Below are positions 10,267 to 19,629 of a DNA stretch of 31,251 bases, one piece after another. Source of the DNA: a virus. Its lineage: Duplodnaviria; Caudoviricetes. The stretch spans positions 1 through 31,251 of the IMG/VR virus record IMGVR_UViG_3300030372_000694; one strand, given 5' to 3'. Position 1 is the stretch's first letter. Each line of letters opens with the position of its first letter. Below the pieces are notes generated by a model that did not search any database, had not been told where the DNA came from, and saw only the letters and a list, made by a program, of their open reading frames with translations. Both the position numbers and the translations under genes were made by a program.

Positions 10267-11902
10267 CGCCGTGTTTCATAAATCTGAAACTAAAATGTCC
10301 GAACCTGAAATGATGTCCGAAGGTGGCGAAGTAGAAATACCCCGAATGAGAATGGGTGGTTTTAATCCTGCAAGTTTAAACTTAAATATAAACGACGCAG
10401 AAATACAACGTCGAGTAAACGAGAGCGTACAAGAATATTTAGCGCAAGCTAATACTGTAGGTGCTCAAGACGTACAAACTCAAATATCTCAAGCTCTTTC
10501 TGGACTTCCTGAAGGTATAACAGAAGAAGATGTAAGGCGTATTGTCGAAGCTAATCCTGGGTTAACTGAGGACATGGTTTTAACCTTGATTGAAAATAAT
10601 CAAGGAATTAGTCTTCAGGATATGGAAAATGCAATTAGCACTGCTATGGCTAATGTTCCTACTTCTGAAGAAAATATAAAAAGGTTACGACAAATAGCTG
10701 AAGAATTATTCTATGAAGATTATGCAAAAAATCCTGATCGTTTCATGGGGGATAGGGAAGGCAAAGAACAAGCTGAGTTAGAAGAGTTTGTATCAAACTT
10801 TATATCAAATCGACTTGGAGATCCCGCACTTCGATTTGCCGATACTGATTTTCAATCTTTAATACAACAACAAATAGACGCTGGTCTTGCTTCTGGAGAT
10901 ATTGCATCAGGGGATATAACAGGAGACATTACACAAACGTTGCAAGAAATGCTTGCAGCAGGGACGTTAACCGCAGAAGAAATACAAAAAAGAATAGACG
11001 CTGGCGATATTACTAAAGAAGACGTACTCGCGATTATTCAAGGTGGGTTTAATTTTAGTGAAGAGCAGTTTGCTCAATTATTTGCAGCGGGTGTTTTAAC
11101 ACAAGACGAAATCGCTGCTTTAATAGAAGGTGCCCTAGCTGATTCTGATGCCAATATAGAAGAGGAGATCGCTGATGCTGTTGCTGCTGCAGGCACAGGG
11201 TTAACTGAAGAACAAATAAACCAACTAATTACTCAAGGTTTAGAAGGGTTTGATACAAGTCAATTTGCTACTCAGGAGCAAGTTCAAGGTTTAGAAAATT
11301 TGTTTCAAAATTATCTAACACCTGAGCAACTAGAATCTTATTTAGGGCAACAACAATTTGTTACTTCTGATCAGTTAACATCTGCAACAGATTATGACAG
11401 CATCATAAAAGAACTCACTGATAAATTAGGTGATCTCGAAACTAAATATCAAGATGTACAATCACAATACGAAGCTGATGCTGTTAATCAACAAATACAA
11501 AACACTAAACAAGATTTAAGTAATTTCTTTGCAGGGGCTGTTCCTAGTGGTCCAAGAACAGGATCAACATCTCAATTTAGTAGTGGTGCTTCGTTCCTTC
11601 CAGGAAGTAGTCCTATGGCTAATTTAATTGGCGGTCAACGTGAAGGGCTTGGTCAAGATGCATTTAGCACTTATCTAAAAACATTTACACCTAGTTACGG
11701 TGAATATGAGTCCCCAGTCGATCCAGAAGAATATGGTAAAGCCTCTACCCCGCTTATAGGAACACAGTATTCTAATCCGTTTACAGGGGGAGATTATAAT
11801 CAAGGTGGACAAGTAAATAACGGTATTATGGATCTTACAAACTTTAATACTAACGTAGCTCCTTTTCAAAACGCTTTTAGACCTAACGTACCAAGGAATT
11901 AA
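10259..11902 (+). CDS. Acidic helical-repeat protein, probably virion-associated
   Basis: 547 aa, D/E/Q-rich, with many degenerate (G/F/Y)-h-T-x-E-(Q/D/E)-h repeats and a coiled-coil segment. The start may instead be the internal Met at 10294-10296 region (MSEPEMM). Confidence 0.6.
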   Translation: MINAVFHKSETKMSEPEMMSEGGEVEIPRMRMGGFNPASLNLNINDAEIQRRVNESVQEYLAQANTVGAQDVQTQISQALSGLPEGITEEDVRRIVEANPGLTEDMVLTLIENNQGISLQDMENAISTAMANVPTSEENIKRLRQIAEELFYEDYAKNPDRFMGDREGKEQAELEEFVSNFISNRLGDPALRFADTDFQSLIQQQIDAGLASGDIASGDITGDITQTLQEMLAAGTLTAEEIQKRIDAGDITKEDVLAIIQGGFNFSEEQFAQLFAAGVLTQDEIAALIEGALADSDANIEEEIADAVAAAGTGLTEEQINQLITQGLEGFDTSQFATQEQVQGLENLFQNYLTPEQLESYLGQQQFVTSDQLTSATDYDSIIKELTDKLGDLETKYQDVQSQYEADAVNQQIQNTKQDLSNFFAGAVPSGPRTGSTSQFSSGASFLPGSSPMANLIGGQREGLGQDAFSTYLKTFTPSYGEYESPVDPEEYGKASTPLIGTQYSNPFTGGDYNQGGQVNNGIMDLTNFNTNVAPFQNAFRPNVPRN

Positions 11903-11903
11903 T

Positions 11904-12242
11904 ATGGCTATCCCAATGAACGAAATGCCCAATAGACTAGATATGATGAGAGCGCAAGCAGAAACACCTACGCCTCCTATGGCTGGTCCTGCTATGCCTC
12001 CTACCCCAATGCCTGAAGAACCTATGATGTCTGAAGGTGAAGAGGCTGATCGACTAGCTGCTTTATTAGGGGGAATGGCAGAAGAAGCTCCTATGATGCC
12101 AGAAGAAGAACCAATGGTAGATGATACTTCTACTGTTGCATCAGCTATCGCTACAGCAGCTCTTGATAATTCTGGTTCACCAGAACAAGCGTTAAGAGCA
12201 TTAGAAGAAGCAGCTGATCAAATAAGAGCTAGTTTAGCCTAA
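11904..12242 (+). CDS. Small Pro/Met/Glu-rich hypothetical protein
   Basis: 112 aa, starts 1 bp after the previous stop. Last gene of the + strand late operon; overlaps the convergent helicase by 9 bp. Confidence 0.65.
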   Translation: MAIPMNEMPNRLDMMRAQAETPTPPMAGPAMPPTPMPEEPMMSEGEEADRLAALLGGMAEEAPMMPEEEPMVDDTSTVASAIATAALDNSGSPEQALRALEEAADQIRASLA

Positions 12243-13676
12243 CCAGTTTTGCCATTTATCGTCGCCTAATACTTCTTGGGCGAGATCTAATTTGTTTCTA
12301 AGAGCGTCGACTATTTTTTCGTCTACAGTATCTTTAGCTACAAGATCAACATAAGTAACTTTGTTTACTTGTCCGATGCGGTGTGCTCTATCTTCTGACT
12401 GTAAACGTTTTTCTAAATCGAAATTGTTAGAGTAATAAATCACATTCTTAGCTTCTGTTAATGTGATACCGTAGCCACCTGTTTGCGTATTACCTACAAA
12501 AAACCGTAACGGTGAGTCAGGGTTCTGGAAGTCTTTAATTACTCTTTCTCGTTCATCTGGAGAGGTATCTCCAAAATAAGAGGCAACCTCGTTAGGATCA
12601 AATACTTGTTTCAAGCTATCAACAATCTCCAGGATATTTTGTCTATAGTTTGCCCAGATAATTACTTTACCTTGCATCTCTGAGATAACTTCGAACATAG
12701 CGTCTATACGATTATTATCTACAGGGATATCTACATCATCGTCAGACTTTACATGGCCCGTGACTATCTGATGAAGTCTTAGTAACTGGGTGAGTATATT
12801 CGTAACAGATATTTGTTCTTGATTTTGTAAAATAGTTATCGCACGATCGCTAAGTTCAGAATACAACTTCTTTTGTTCAGCGGTTAGTTCTACATCTCTA
12901 CGTTGATAAACTTTATCTGGTAAATCTAAACAGTCTTTCTTTAAAACTCTGTAAGAAAAAGAATCTAGTTTCTGTGTAAGCTCAGGAAGATTTCGATACC
13001 CTACAACTTGTTTGACTGTTCTCCCACCGAAGTATCTGTTAACAACTTCACCGTAATGGTTTTGAAAAGAATAATAAGAAGTAAATCCTAACAAACTTTT
13101 TTCTAACGTTTCTGTTTGACTGTATAAATCAAGAGGTGATTGCGTAATAGGAAACCCTGTTAATATTCTTCTAAACGCTGCGTCTTTACTGATCTTAATT
13201 ATTGCTTTTGTTCTAGCTGCTTTAGGATTTTTGATAGTTGTAGATTCATCTACCGCGAACAGTGGTTTGTGACTTAGTACAAACTTTTCTGTAAACGTGA
13301 CACCTTTCTTAGTGCTGAATGCTTCTACATTGATAATAAATATTTTAAGTTTATCAATCAGATCAAACAAAGAAGTAAGAGCTTTCTTTTCCTCCTTGCG
13401 CGGGGCAGGAGACCAGACTGCTACGTGACGATCTATATAGTCAGGTAGATGTGCCGGTATTTCACGAGACTCCCAGTTTTTATACACACCTTTAGGTGCA
13501 ACGATAACAACAGAGTCTATGGCTCCTTTACAGTAGAGGATACCTATTGTGTCAATTAAGACCTTAGACTTCCCCGTCCCCATCTCCATAAAGAACGCAT
13601 ACTTCTTTTTGTCCCATGAACGTAATAAAGCTGTGCGCTGATGTTCAAACGGTTCAGTCTTGAATTCATATTTCAA
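12234..13676 (-). CDS. SNF2-family (SF2) helicase
   Basis: Walker A EMGTGKS, DEST box, LTGFP motif III, GGYGITL motif V, QSEDRAHRIGQ motif VI. TTG start with AGAAAGGA RBS. Confidence 0.93.
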   Translation of the reverse strand: MKYEFKTEPFEHQRTALLRSWDKKKYAFFMEMGTGKSKVLIDTIGILYCKGAIDSVVIVAPKGVYKNWESREIPAHLPDYIDRHVAVWSPAPRKEEKKALTSLFDLIDKLKIFIINVEAFSTKKGVTFTEKFVLSHKPLFAVDESTTIKNPKAARTKAIIKISKDAAFRRILTGFPITQSPLDLYSQTETLEKSLLGFTSYYSFQNHYGEVVNRYFGGRTVKQVVGYRNLPELTQKLDSFSYRVLKKDCLDLPDKVYQRRDVELTAEQKKLYSELSDRAITILQNQEQISVTNILTQLLRLHQIVTGHVKSDDDVDIPVDNNRIDAMFEVISEMQGKVIIWANYRQNILEIVDSLKQVFDPNEVASYFGDTSPDERERVIKDFQNPDSPLRFFVGNTQTGGYGITLTEAKNVIYYSNNFDLEKRLQSEDRAHRIGQVNKVTYVDLVAKDTVDEKIVDALRNKLDLAQEVLGDDKWQNWLG

Positions 13677-13760
13677 GACGTTGTTCCTTTCTAAATTCTG
13701 TAGAAGATTATAGTAGAGAATAAATAAAATAGATAATTTATTTCGTGGGCAGATCCCGTT

Positions 13761-13920
13761 TTAATATTTCTAATATATTCTATTACTTCTCTCCCTTTTG
13801 GTTTCTGTAGAAATTTCAACTACTTAGACTCTACTTTATTAGACCTATTACTCTATTAGACGATTCTGTAAAAATTTTTCATAAAAGTTTTCTACAGAAA
13901 ATAACTAATAGAAATAATAA
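13761..13920. repeat. AT-rich TAATAG/CTATTA repeat element, copy 1 (inverted homologue of 30611-30782)
   Basis: 13770-13788 is the exact reverse complement of 30754-30772 (19 bp). 13845-13859 is the exact reverse complement of 30673-30687 (15 bp). Confidence 0.8.
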
Positions 13921-13953
13921 CGCTTTACTTTCCAGACTCGTATCGCCTAAACT
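13921..13953 (+). promoter_or_regulatory. Sigma70-like phage promoter (GCTTTACT family)
   Basis: GC-TTTACT, 18 bp spacer, TAAACT; AAAGGAGA RBS downstream. Confidence 0.65.
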
Positions 13954-13977
13954 TTTTTCTATAAAGGAGAAATTAGA

Positions 13978-14316
13978 ATGACTGTATATATAGTTCAAGA
14001 CGTTCCTGGACGTAACCTCGTCCCTGCTCAAAAGTATGGAGACTTAGAAGTTGTGTTCCCAGCAAGAACTAACCTTATGCTCTCTACTGGGCCTGAAGTA
14101 AAACGGGTCCAGAATAAACTCCTAGATTTCAATGATGAAGATTACTTGTTGCTTATAGGAGATCCTGCTGCCATAGGTTTATGTTGCGCAGTTGCTGCTG
14201 CAAATAACGGTAACTTCAAAGTATTGAAGTGGGATAAACAAGAAATGACTTATTATCCTGTTAGTTTCGATATCCGTCGAGGCTACATGGAAAATTTGGG
14301 AGAAGTATATGTCTGA
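13978..14316 (+). CDS. Conserved phage hypothetical protein (replication module)
   Basis: 112 aa, strong RBS. DYLLLIGDP...LKWD motif is typical of phage genes preceding SSB/primase. Confidence 0.75.
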   Translation: MTVYIVQDVPGRNLVPAQKYGDLEVVFPARTNLMLSTGPEVKRVQNKLLDFNDEDYLLLIGDPAAIGLCCAVAAANNGNFKVLKWDKQEMTYYPVSFDIRRGYMENLGEVYV

Positions 14317-14881
14317 AGAATCACAACTAACGTTTGAGGATTTAGTAGGTGAGGAAACTAAAACCTGGACTGAAGAAACCACCGATGGTGAATATAACAG
14401 AATATCGCAACTAGCGGAGTTGTTACAACAAAACGAAAAGATTGTACAACAACTAGAACTTGAATTAGAGGAGGCTAAAAATAATCTCAAAACGGTTAGA
14501 GAAGTAGATCTACCTGAAGCGATGCAATCCGCTAATCTAAAACAGATTACATTGACCAATGGTTCTTCGATCAAAGTAGAAGAGTTCTATAGAGCGCATA
14601 TATCAGAAGCTAATAGAGCAGCAGCGCACCAGTGGTTAGTCAATAACGGACACGCTGGAATTATTAAACACGAAGTTACGGTTAAGTTTGGTAAAGACGA
14701 AAATAAAAAAGCAGACGATGCAATAAACAAATTAAAACAGTTGGGTCATGACCCTGCTGTTAAACAAGGTGTTCATCCACAGACGTTAAATGCGTTTGTG
14801 AAAGAGCAGCTCACGAAGGGGAAAGATATTCCCTCAGAAACCTTCGGGATATACGTGGGATCCCGCGCCAAAATAAAGTAG
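14309..14881 (+). CDS. Conserved phage replication-module protein with coiled-coil N-terminus
   Basis: 190 aa, LPEAM...WL..NGH..IIK...VHPQTL.AFVKE motif; overlaps the previous gene. Confidence 0.75.
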   Translation: MSEESQLTFEDLVGEETKTWTEETTDGEYNRISQLAELLQQNEKIVQQLELELEEAKNNLKTVREVDLPEAMQSANLKQITLTNGSSIKVEEFYRAHISEANRAAAHQWLVNNGHAGIIKHEVTVKFGKDENKKADDAINKLKQLGHDPAVKQGVHPQTLNAFVKEQLTKGKDIPSETFGIYVGSRAKIK

Positions 14882-14890
14882 AGGTATACT

Positions 14891-15682
14891 ATGGCTAGTA
14901 AGAAAGTAGCGGAGTTGGAAAGCTCCGAGGTAGCTGTATTCGACGACGATAGTTTATTGTCTGGTGGTACAGGGTTAGAAGAAGCGAGTGCAGGTGATTA
15001 TGCGATTCCTTTTTTAAGGGTATTGCAATCAATGTCTCCACAACTAAAGAAAAGCGATGGTCAATATATCGCGGAAGCACAAGAGGGTAACTTTTTCAAC
15101 AGTGTGACCAACACCGTTTACGATGGTGATACTGGTGTATTAATTATTCCCTGTGCGTATAAAAAGAAATACATCGAGTGGATTCCTCGAGAAAAAGGAG
15201 GCGGTTTCGTTAGTGATCAACACGATTCAGCTGAACTAAGTAAATGCACAAAAGACGACTCAGGTAAGTTCATTATGGAAAACGGTAATCAGCTGGTAGA
15301 AACAGCGGAATACTATTCTCTTATAGCTGAAGAAGATTCAGCACCTGAACAAGTTTTGTTAAGTTTGACATCTTCACAGCTCAGGTTTAGTAGACGTTGG
15401 AATACAATGCTAAACAATGCCACCGTAAATACTTCGGTCGGTGAAGCTGTTCAAGCCCCGATGTTCGCATACACATACCGATTGACCTCTATACCACAGA
15501 GTAATGATCAGTATAGCTGGATGGGACTTTCCGTAGAGAGAGCGCATCCTACAAGTATGCCGTTAGCTAAAATCGCCATGGAGTTTATGAAGGCAGCTCG
15601 TCAAGGTGATGTTAACGTACAACAAGAACAAGAATCAGCGGTATCTAACACGGAGGAAGGCGAAGAAGAGATACCGTTCTAG
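14891..15682 (+). CDS. Putative single-stranded DNA-binding protein
   Basis: 263 aa with IPFLRVLQ..SPQ and YIEW.PR..GGG motifs, an acidic C-terminal tail ending EEEIPF, and a GAGG RBS. Confidence 0.65.
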   Translation: MASKKVAELESSEVAVFDDDSLLSGGTGLEEASAGDYAIPFLRVLQSMSPQLKKSDGQYIAEAQEGNFFNSVTNTVYDGDTGVLIIPCAYKKKYIEWIPREKGGGFVSDQHDSAELSKCTKDDSGKFIMENGNQLVETAEYYSLIAEEDSAPEQVLLSLTSSQLRFSRRWNTMLNNATVNTSVGEAVQAPMFAYTYRLTSIPQSNDQYSWMGLSVERAHPTSMPLAKIAMEFMKAARQGDVNVQQEQESAVSNTEEGEEEIPF

Positions 15683-15698
15683 TAAATAAGGGTGAGCA

Positions 15699-17222
15699 AT
15701 GTCATTACAAGAGGAGTTTGCGCACCGTTTCGCGGGGTTAAGGCAAGGCTACAGTGTCTTTACCCCGACGAAAGAAACTAGAGAAGACGGTAAAGCAAAA
15801 GGCAAGTATGTAACTATATCAAAAGAGCTTACACAAAAAGAGCTCAACGATCTTTGGAGTCAACACTTAAAAGGAGAAATAGGTTTAGGTATCGTCCCGA
15901 TAGATGAAAACAACAGTTGTGTATGGGGTTCGATAGATATAGATGAGTTCACTGTAGATTTAAAAGGACTCGCTAAGAAATTAAAAAAGTTTAAGCTACC
16001 ACTGGTAGTTTGTAGATCAAAGAGTGGGGGAGCACATCTATTTATCTTCGTGTTCGACCCTGTCCCTGCGTCTACTATGCAAAGGAAACTTAGGCAGGTT
16101 GCTTCAGCCATCGGGTTCGGGCAGTCGGAGATATTTCCTAAGCAAACTAAACTATTGTTAGAAAGAGGGGATCGTGGCAGTTCTCTGAATATGCCATATT
16201 TCGGAGGAGAGAACTCTACTGGTTATGCTTTTGGGCCTACAGGCAAAGTTCTTACGCCTAAAGAATTTATAGAGTACGCAGAGACTCTGGTTCTAACAGA
16301 AGAAGAATTAGATAAGCTGGACGTTGTTCCAGTGATAGAAGACTCTGAGTGGCTAGATCAATCTCCTCCTTGTCTAGAGCATTTAGTCGCTCAGGGTTTT
16401 CCTAAAGGTACTCGTAACTCTGGGTTATTTAATCTAGGAGTGTTTCTAAGAAAGAAGTTCCCTGATGATTGGGAAAAGCGTGTTGAACAAGCCAATCATC
16501 AACACTTTACCCCACCGTTAAGCGCACAAGAAGTTCTAACAGTTACGAAACAGGTACAGAGGAAAGATTACTTTTACAAATGTAACGATCAACCAATATC
16601 GGGACATTGTAATAGTCCATTATGTAGAACTAGAAAGTTCGGTATTGGTGCGTCAGGCGGTACTCCCCTGTTCAGTAATCTAACCAAACAAAATAGTGAC
16701 CCACCGATATGGTTCTTAGATGTCGAGGGAGGTCGTTTAGAACTCGAGACCGAAGAGTTACTAAACCAGACACGGTTTCAGAGAAAGTGTATGGACCACT
16801 TAAATATTATCCCACCGAAAGTTAGAGATAACGTTTGGCGACAGATAATACAACAGTTGTTAGATACGCTTACGATTATTGAAGTTCCGAAAGACGCTTC
16901 GACTGAGGGTCACTTTAACGAGTTACTAGAAACTTTCTGCACCGAAAGACCAGCTAGGGAGCGTGATGAGTTACTACTTGGTAAACCCTGGACAGATCAA
17001 AGTCGCACATATTTTAGATTAGGGGATCTAGTTGATTATTTACACCGTAAGAATTTTAGAGATTACCCTAGGAATAAGTTGACGGCTAAACTCAAAAACA
17101 TGGGTGGGGACTCGTATTTCTTTAACATAAAAGGTAAGGGTGCGAATGTCTGGCATATACCAGAGTTTCAAGTACAGACAGAGTCACATAACTTACCTGA
17201 CTTTGACGATAGTGTTTTGTGA
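15699..17222 (+). CDS. AEP-superfamily primase with PriCT-like domain
   Basis: IDID (motif I), RSKSGGAH (motif II), LNMPY, PPCL...RNSGLFN (PriCT-1-like), and Cys cluster YKC...HC...C. Confidence 0.8.
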   Translation: MSLQEEFAHRFAGLRQGYSVFTPTKETREDGKAKGKYVTISKELTQKELNDLWSQHLKGEIGLGIVPIDENNSCVWGSIDIDEFTVDLKGLAKKLKKFKLPLVVCRSKSGGAHLFIFVFDPVPASTMQRKLRQVASAIGFGQSEIFPKQTKLLLERGDRGSSLNMPYFGGENSTGYAFGPTGKVLTPKEFIEYAETLVLTEEELDKLDVVPVIEDSEWLDQSPPCLEHLVAQGFPKGTRNSGLFNLGVFLRKKFPDDWEKRVEQANHQHFTPPLSAQEVLTVTKQVQRKDYFYKCNDQPISGHCNSPLCRTRKFGIGASGGTPLFSNLTKQNSDPPIWFLDVEGGRLELETEELLNQTRFQRKCMDHLNIIPPKVRDNVWRQIIQQLLDTLTIIEVPKDASTEGHFNELLETFCTERPARERDELLLGKPWTDQSRTYFRLGDLVDYLHRKNFRDYPRNKLTAKLKNMGGDSYFFNIKGKGANVWHIPEFQVQTESHNLPDFDDSVL

Positions 17223-18715
17223 TGCTATCTTCTGATACACAGGTAATTCTCGGGCCTCCTGGAACAGGTAAGACTAGCACATTGTTAGGTTTGTTAGAAG
17301 AAGAACTAGATCGGGGCACTTGCCCAGAAGATATTGGATTCTTTACGTTTACTAAACAGGCAGTGCAAGAGGGTAAATCTCGAGCTATGTCTAAGTTTGC
17401 TATAACGAAAAACCAACTACCGTATTTTAGAACACTACACTCACTCTGCTTTCAACAATTAGGTCTGTCTAAAGATAGTGTGATGTCCTCCTCGGATATT
17501 TACGATCTGAACGAGAAACTAAACCTTAGATTAAAAGGTGCAGTGAATACTGACGAAGGGCACATCTCTGGTATCTCTAAAGATGACAGATTACTGTTTA
17601 TAGAAAATCTTGCAAGGATGAGACAAGTAGATTTAGAAACACAGTGGCACGAAGCAGATGACGCAGTAGGCTGGTTCGAGTTAGAAAGATTCGCTAACGG
17701 ATTAAAACTATTCAAGCGAGACCGATTACTAATTGATTACACCGACATGCTCCAGATGTTTTTAGATCGTGGTCACGCCCCTAAGTTAGACGTGATGTTT
17801 GTAGATGAAGCACAAGACTTATCTCCTTTACAGTGGGCAGTGGTTAGAAAGCTTTGTGACTCTGCGGATCGTGTTTATATAGCAGGGGATGATGATCAAG
17901 CTATTTATCGTTGGGCTGGTGCAGATGTTGATTACCTAATCCGTAACTCTAAAGACGCGATGGTTCTTAAACAGTCTTATAGAATCCCTAAATCTATTCA
18001 TACTCTTGCAGAGCGTTGTATCGGACAAGTAGGATCTCGAGTACATAAAACCTGGAATCCTAGAAAAGAAGAGGGCCACGTTTCGTGGGAGCCGTCTTAT
18101 GAAACGATAGATATGGAACACGATGACTGGTTAGTTCTAGCGAGGACAAACTATCTACTAAACAGCATAGAACAACACTGTAGATCCGAAGGATGGTTTT
18201 ACCAAACTAAAAATAAGCCTAGTGTTTCGGAAAGAAAGATCATGGCAGTGCAATCTTGGGAAAGTTTTAGGAAAGGAGAGCCGATACCCGTAGCACAACT
18301 TACCAAAGTCTTAAATTATTTAAAGCTTCGGACACCTACCTCCCTCGAGAAAATCGACTTTGATACTTTCATATCATATGATACAGCTAAGAAACACATT
18401 CCCAATCTTCCTAACGAATATTGGTACGATGTTTTTACAGGTGTTTCGGTAGATGAGAGGAGTTATATCCGAGCGATGCTTCGTAGAGGTGAAAAGATTA
18501 CGAAAGAACCAAGGATACGACTATCTACGATCCATGCAGCAAAAGGAGGTGAGGCAAGTAATGTCATACTGCTGACAGATATATCAAGTCGCGTGTATAA
18601 ATCGTTTCAAAATAACCCAGACGATGAGTCGCGTGTCTTCTATGTGGGTCTAACTAGGGCGAAAGAGAATCTCTATCTGATAGAACCTCAGACGCAAAAA
18701 TACTTTCCGCTTTAG
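17219..18715 (+). CDS. UvrD/Rep-like SF1 helicase
   Basis: GPPGTGKT, FRTLHS, VDEAQD, GDDDQAIY, QSYR, STIHAAKGGE, YVGLTRAK. Confidence 0.95.
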   Translation: MMLSSDTQVILGPPGTGKTSTLLGLLEEELDRGTCPEDIGFFTFTKQAVQEGKSRAMSKFAITKNQLPYFRTLHSLCFQQLGLSKDSVMSSSDIYDLNEKLNLRLKGAVNTDEGHISGISKDDRLLFIENLARMRQVDLETQWHEADDAVGWFELERFANGLKLFKRDRLLIDYTDMLQMFLDRGHAPKLDVMFVDEAQDLSPLQWAVVRKLCDSADRVYIAGDDDQAIYRWAGADVDYLIRNSKDAMVLKQSYRIPKSIHTLAERCIGQVGSRVHKTWNPRKEEGHVSWEPSYETIDMEHDDWLVLARTNYLLNSIEQHCRSEGWFYQTKNKPSVSERKIMAVQSWESFRKGEPIPVAQLTKVLNYLKLRTPTSLEKIDFDTFISYDTAKKHIPNLPNEYWYDVFTGVSVDERSYIRAMLRRGEKITKEPRIRLSTIHAAKGGEASNVILLTDISSRVYKSFQNNPDDESRVFYVGLTRAKENLYLIEPQTQKYFPL

Positions 18716-18748
18716 TCGTTTACTTTCGGTAAAGGGCTAAAGTAAAAT
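18713..18748 (+). promoter_or_regulatory. Sigma70-like phage promoter heading the modification/polymerase operon
   Basis: TAGTCG-TTTACT, 18 bp spacer, TAAAAT; AGAAAGGAGA RBS. Confidence 0.65.
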
Positions 18749-18771
18749 ACTAATTAAGAAAGGAGAATAAT

Positions 18772-19629
18772 ATGGCTTCGATTAGAAAGAAACTCACTGA
18801 AAACGTGAACGATAGTAAAAACACGCGAATGGATATTGCCAACGCTAATTTACTAGGCAACTGGCGACCAGATGAAATTACACACATGACGAGGTACGAC
18901 AAGATCTCTTCTTTGTGTATTGAAGAGTCTAATAAGTTCGGCAGACCGATAGATACGTTAGAGGTGGGTTGTGGTGAGATATGGGTGCTTAGGAACCTAT
19001 ACAAAGCGTATACCGTAAAGAAGCGTGACATAATTAGATCATATGTCGGTGTAGATATTGACCCTGCTGTTCTAACAGAGAAAGCTGGGTTCCACAGTCC
19101 AACAGGACAAGTTATGGACTCGGCATGGTTTAAGAACTTTACTGGTCGGTTAGATATACAGGACTTAACAGTCAATCCTAAGTTCGAGGTAGAAGACGAG
19201 AGTATCGACTTTTTCTGGACCACAGAAGTTATAGAGCATATGAAACCTGAGTTCATCAGACCGTGGCTCGAAGACGCACATAGAGTATTACGTCCAGGAG
19301 GATTAGTTTATGTCTCTACACCTAATCATGATGGGTCGAACGATAAGCTTCCTGAAGACCATATTTACGAGTGGGGCTTTAGAGAATTACACGATGAGCT
19401 AACTAGAAACTGGGAACTTGATATCGTAGTCGGAACGTTTTGCCAGATGCCTCGTTTGCGTAAAGCTATGCAGAAAGATATGAAAGAGGAAGGCGAGATG
19501 AGGTGGACTGAAGATCAGTTCGATATATTGAAAGCCCGATTCGGTAAACAGTTTCTACGAGTGGTGGCTGCTACATTTTACCCAGAGATAGCGAATAACT
19601 GTGCATGGATATTACGAAAACCAAAATGA
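18772..19629 (+). CDS. Class I SAM-dependent methyltransferase (small-molecule/base-modifying type)
   Basis: LEVGCG motif I, VGVDID motif II, TEVIEH, HRVLRPGG.VYVSTPN. No DPPY/NPPY or PC motif of classical DNA methyltransferases. Confidence 0.88.
   Translation: MASIRKKLTENVNDSKNTRMDIANANLLGNWRPDEITHMTRYDKISSLCIEESNKFGRPIDTLEVGCGEIWVLRNLYKAYTVKKRDIIRSYVGVDIDPAVLTEKAGFHSPTGQVMDSAWFKNFTGRLDIQDLTVNPKFEVEDESIDFFWTTEVIEHMKPEFIRPWLEDAHRVLRPGGLVYVSTPNHDGSNDKLPEDHIYEWGFRELHDELTRNWELDIVVGTFCQMPRLRKAMQKDMKEEGEMRWTEDQFDILKARFGKQFLRVVAATFYPEIANNCAWILRKPK

Noticed and set aside
18772-19629. Methyltransferase as an ordinary restriction-modification DNA methylase
   Set aside because: It lacks the DPPY/NPPY and PC catalytic motifs; its motifs match small-molecule class I methyltransferases.
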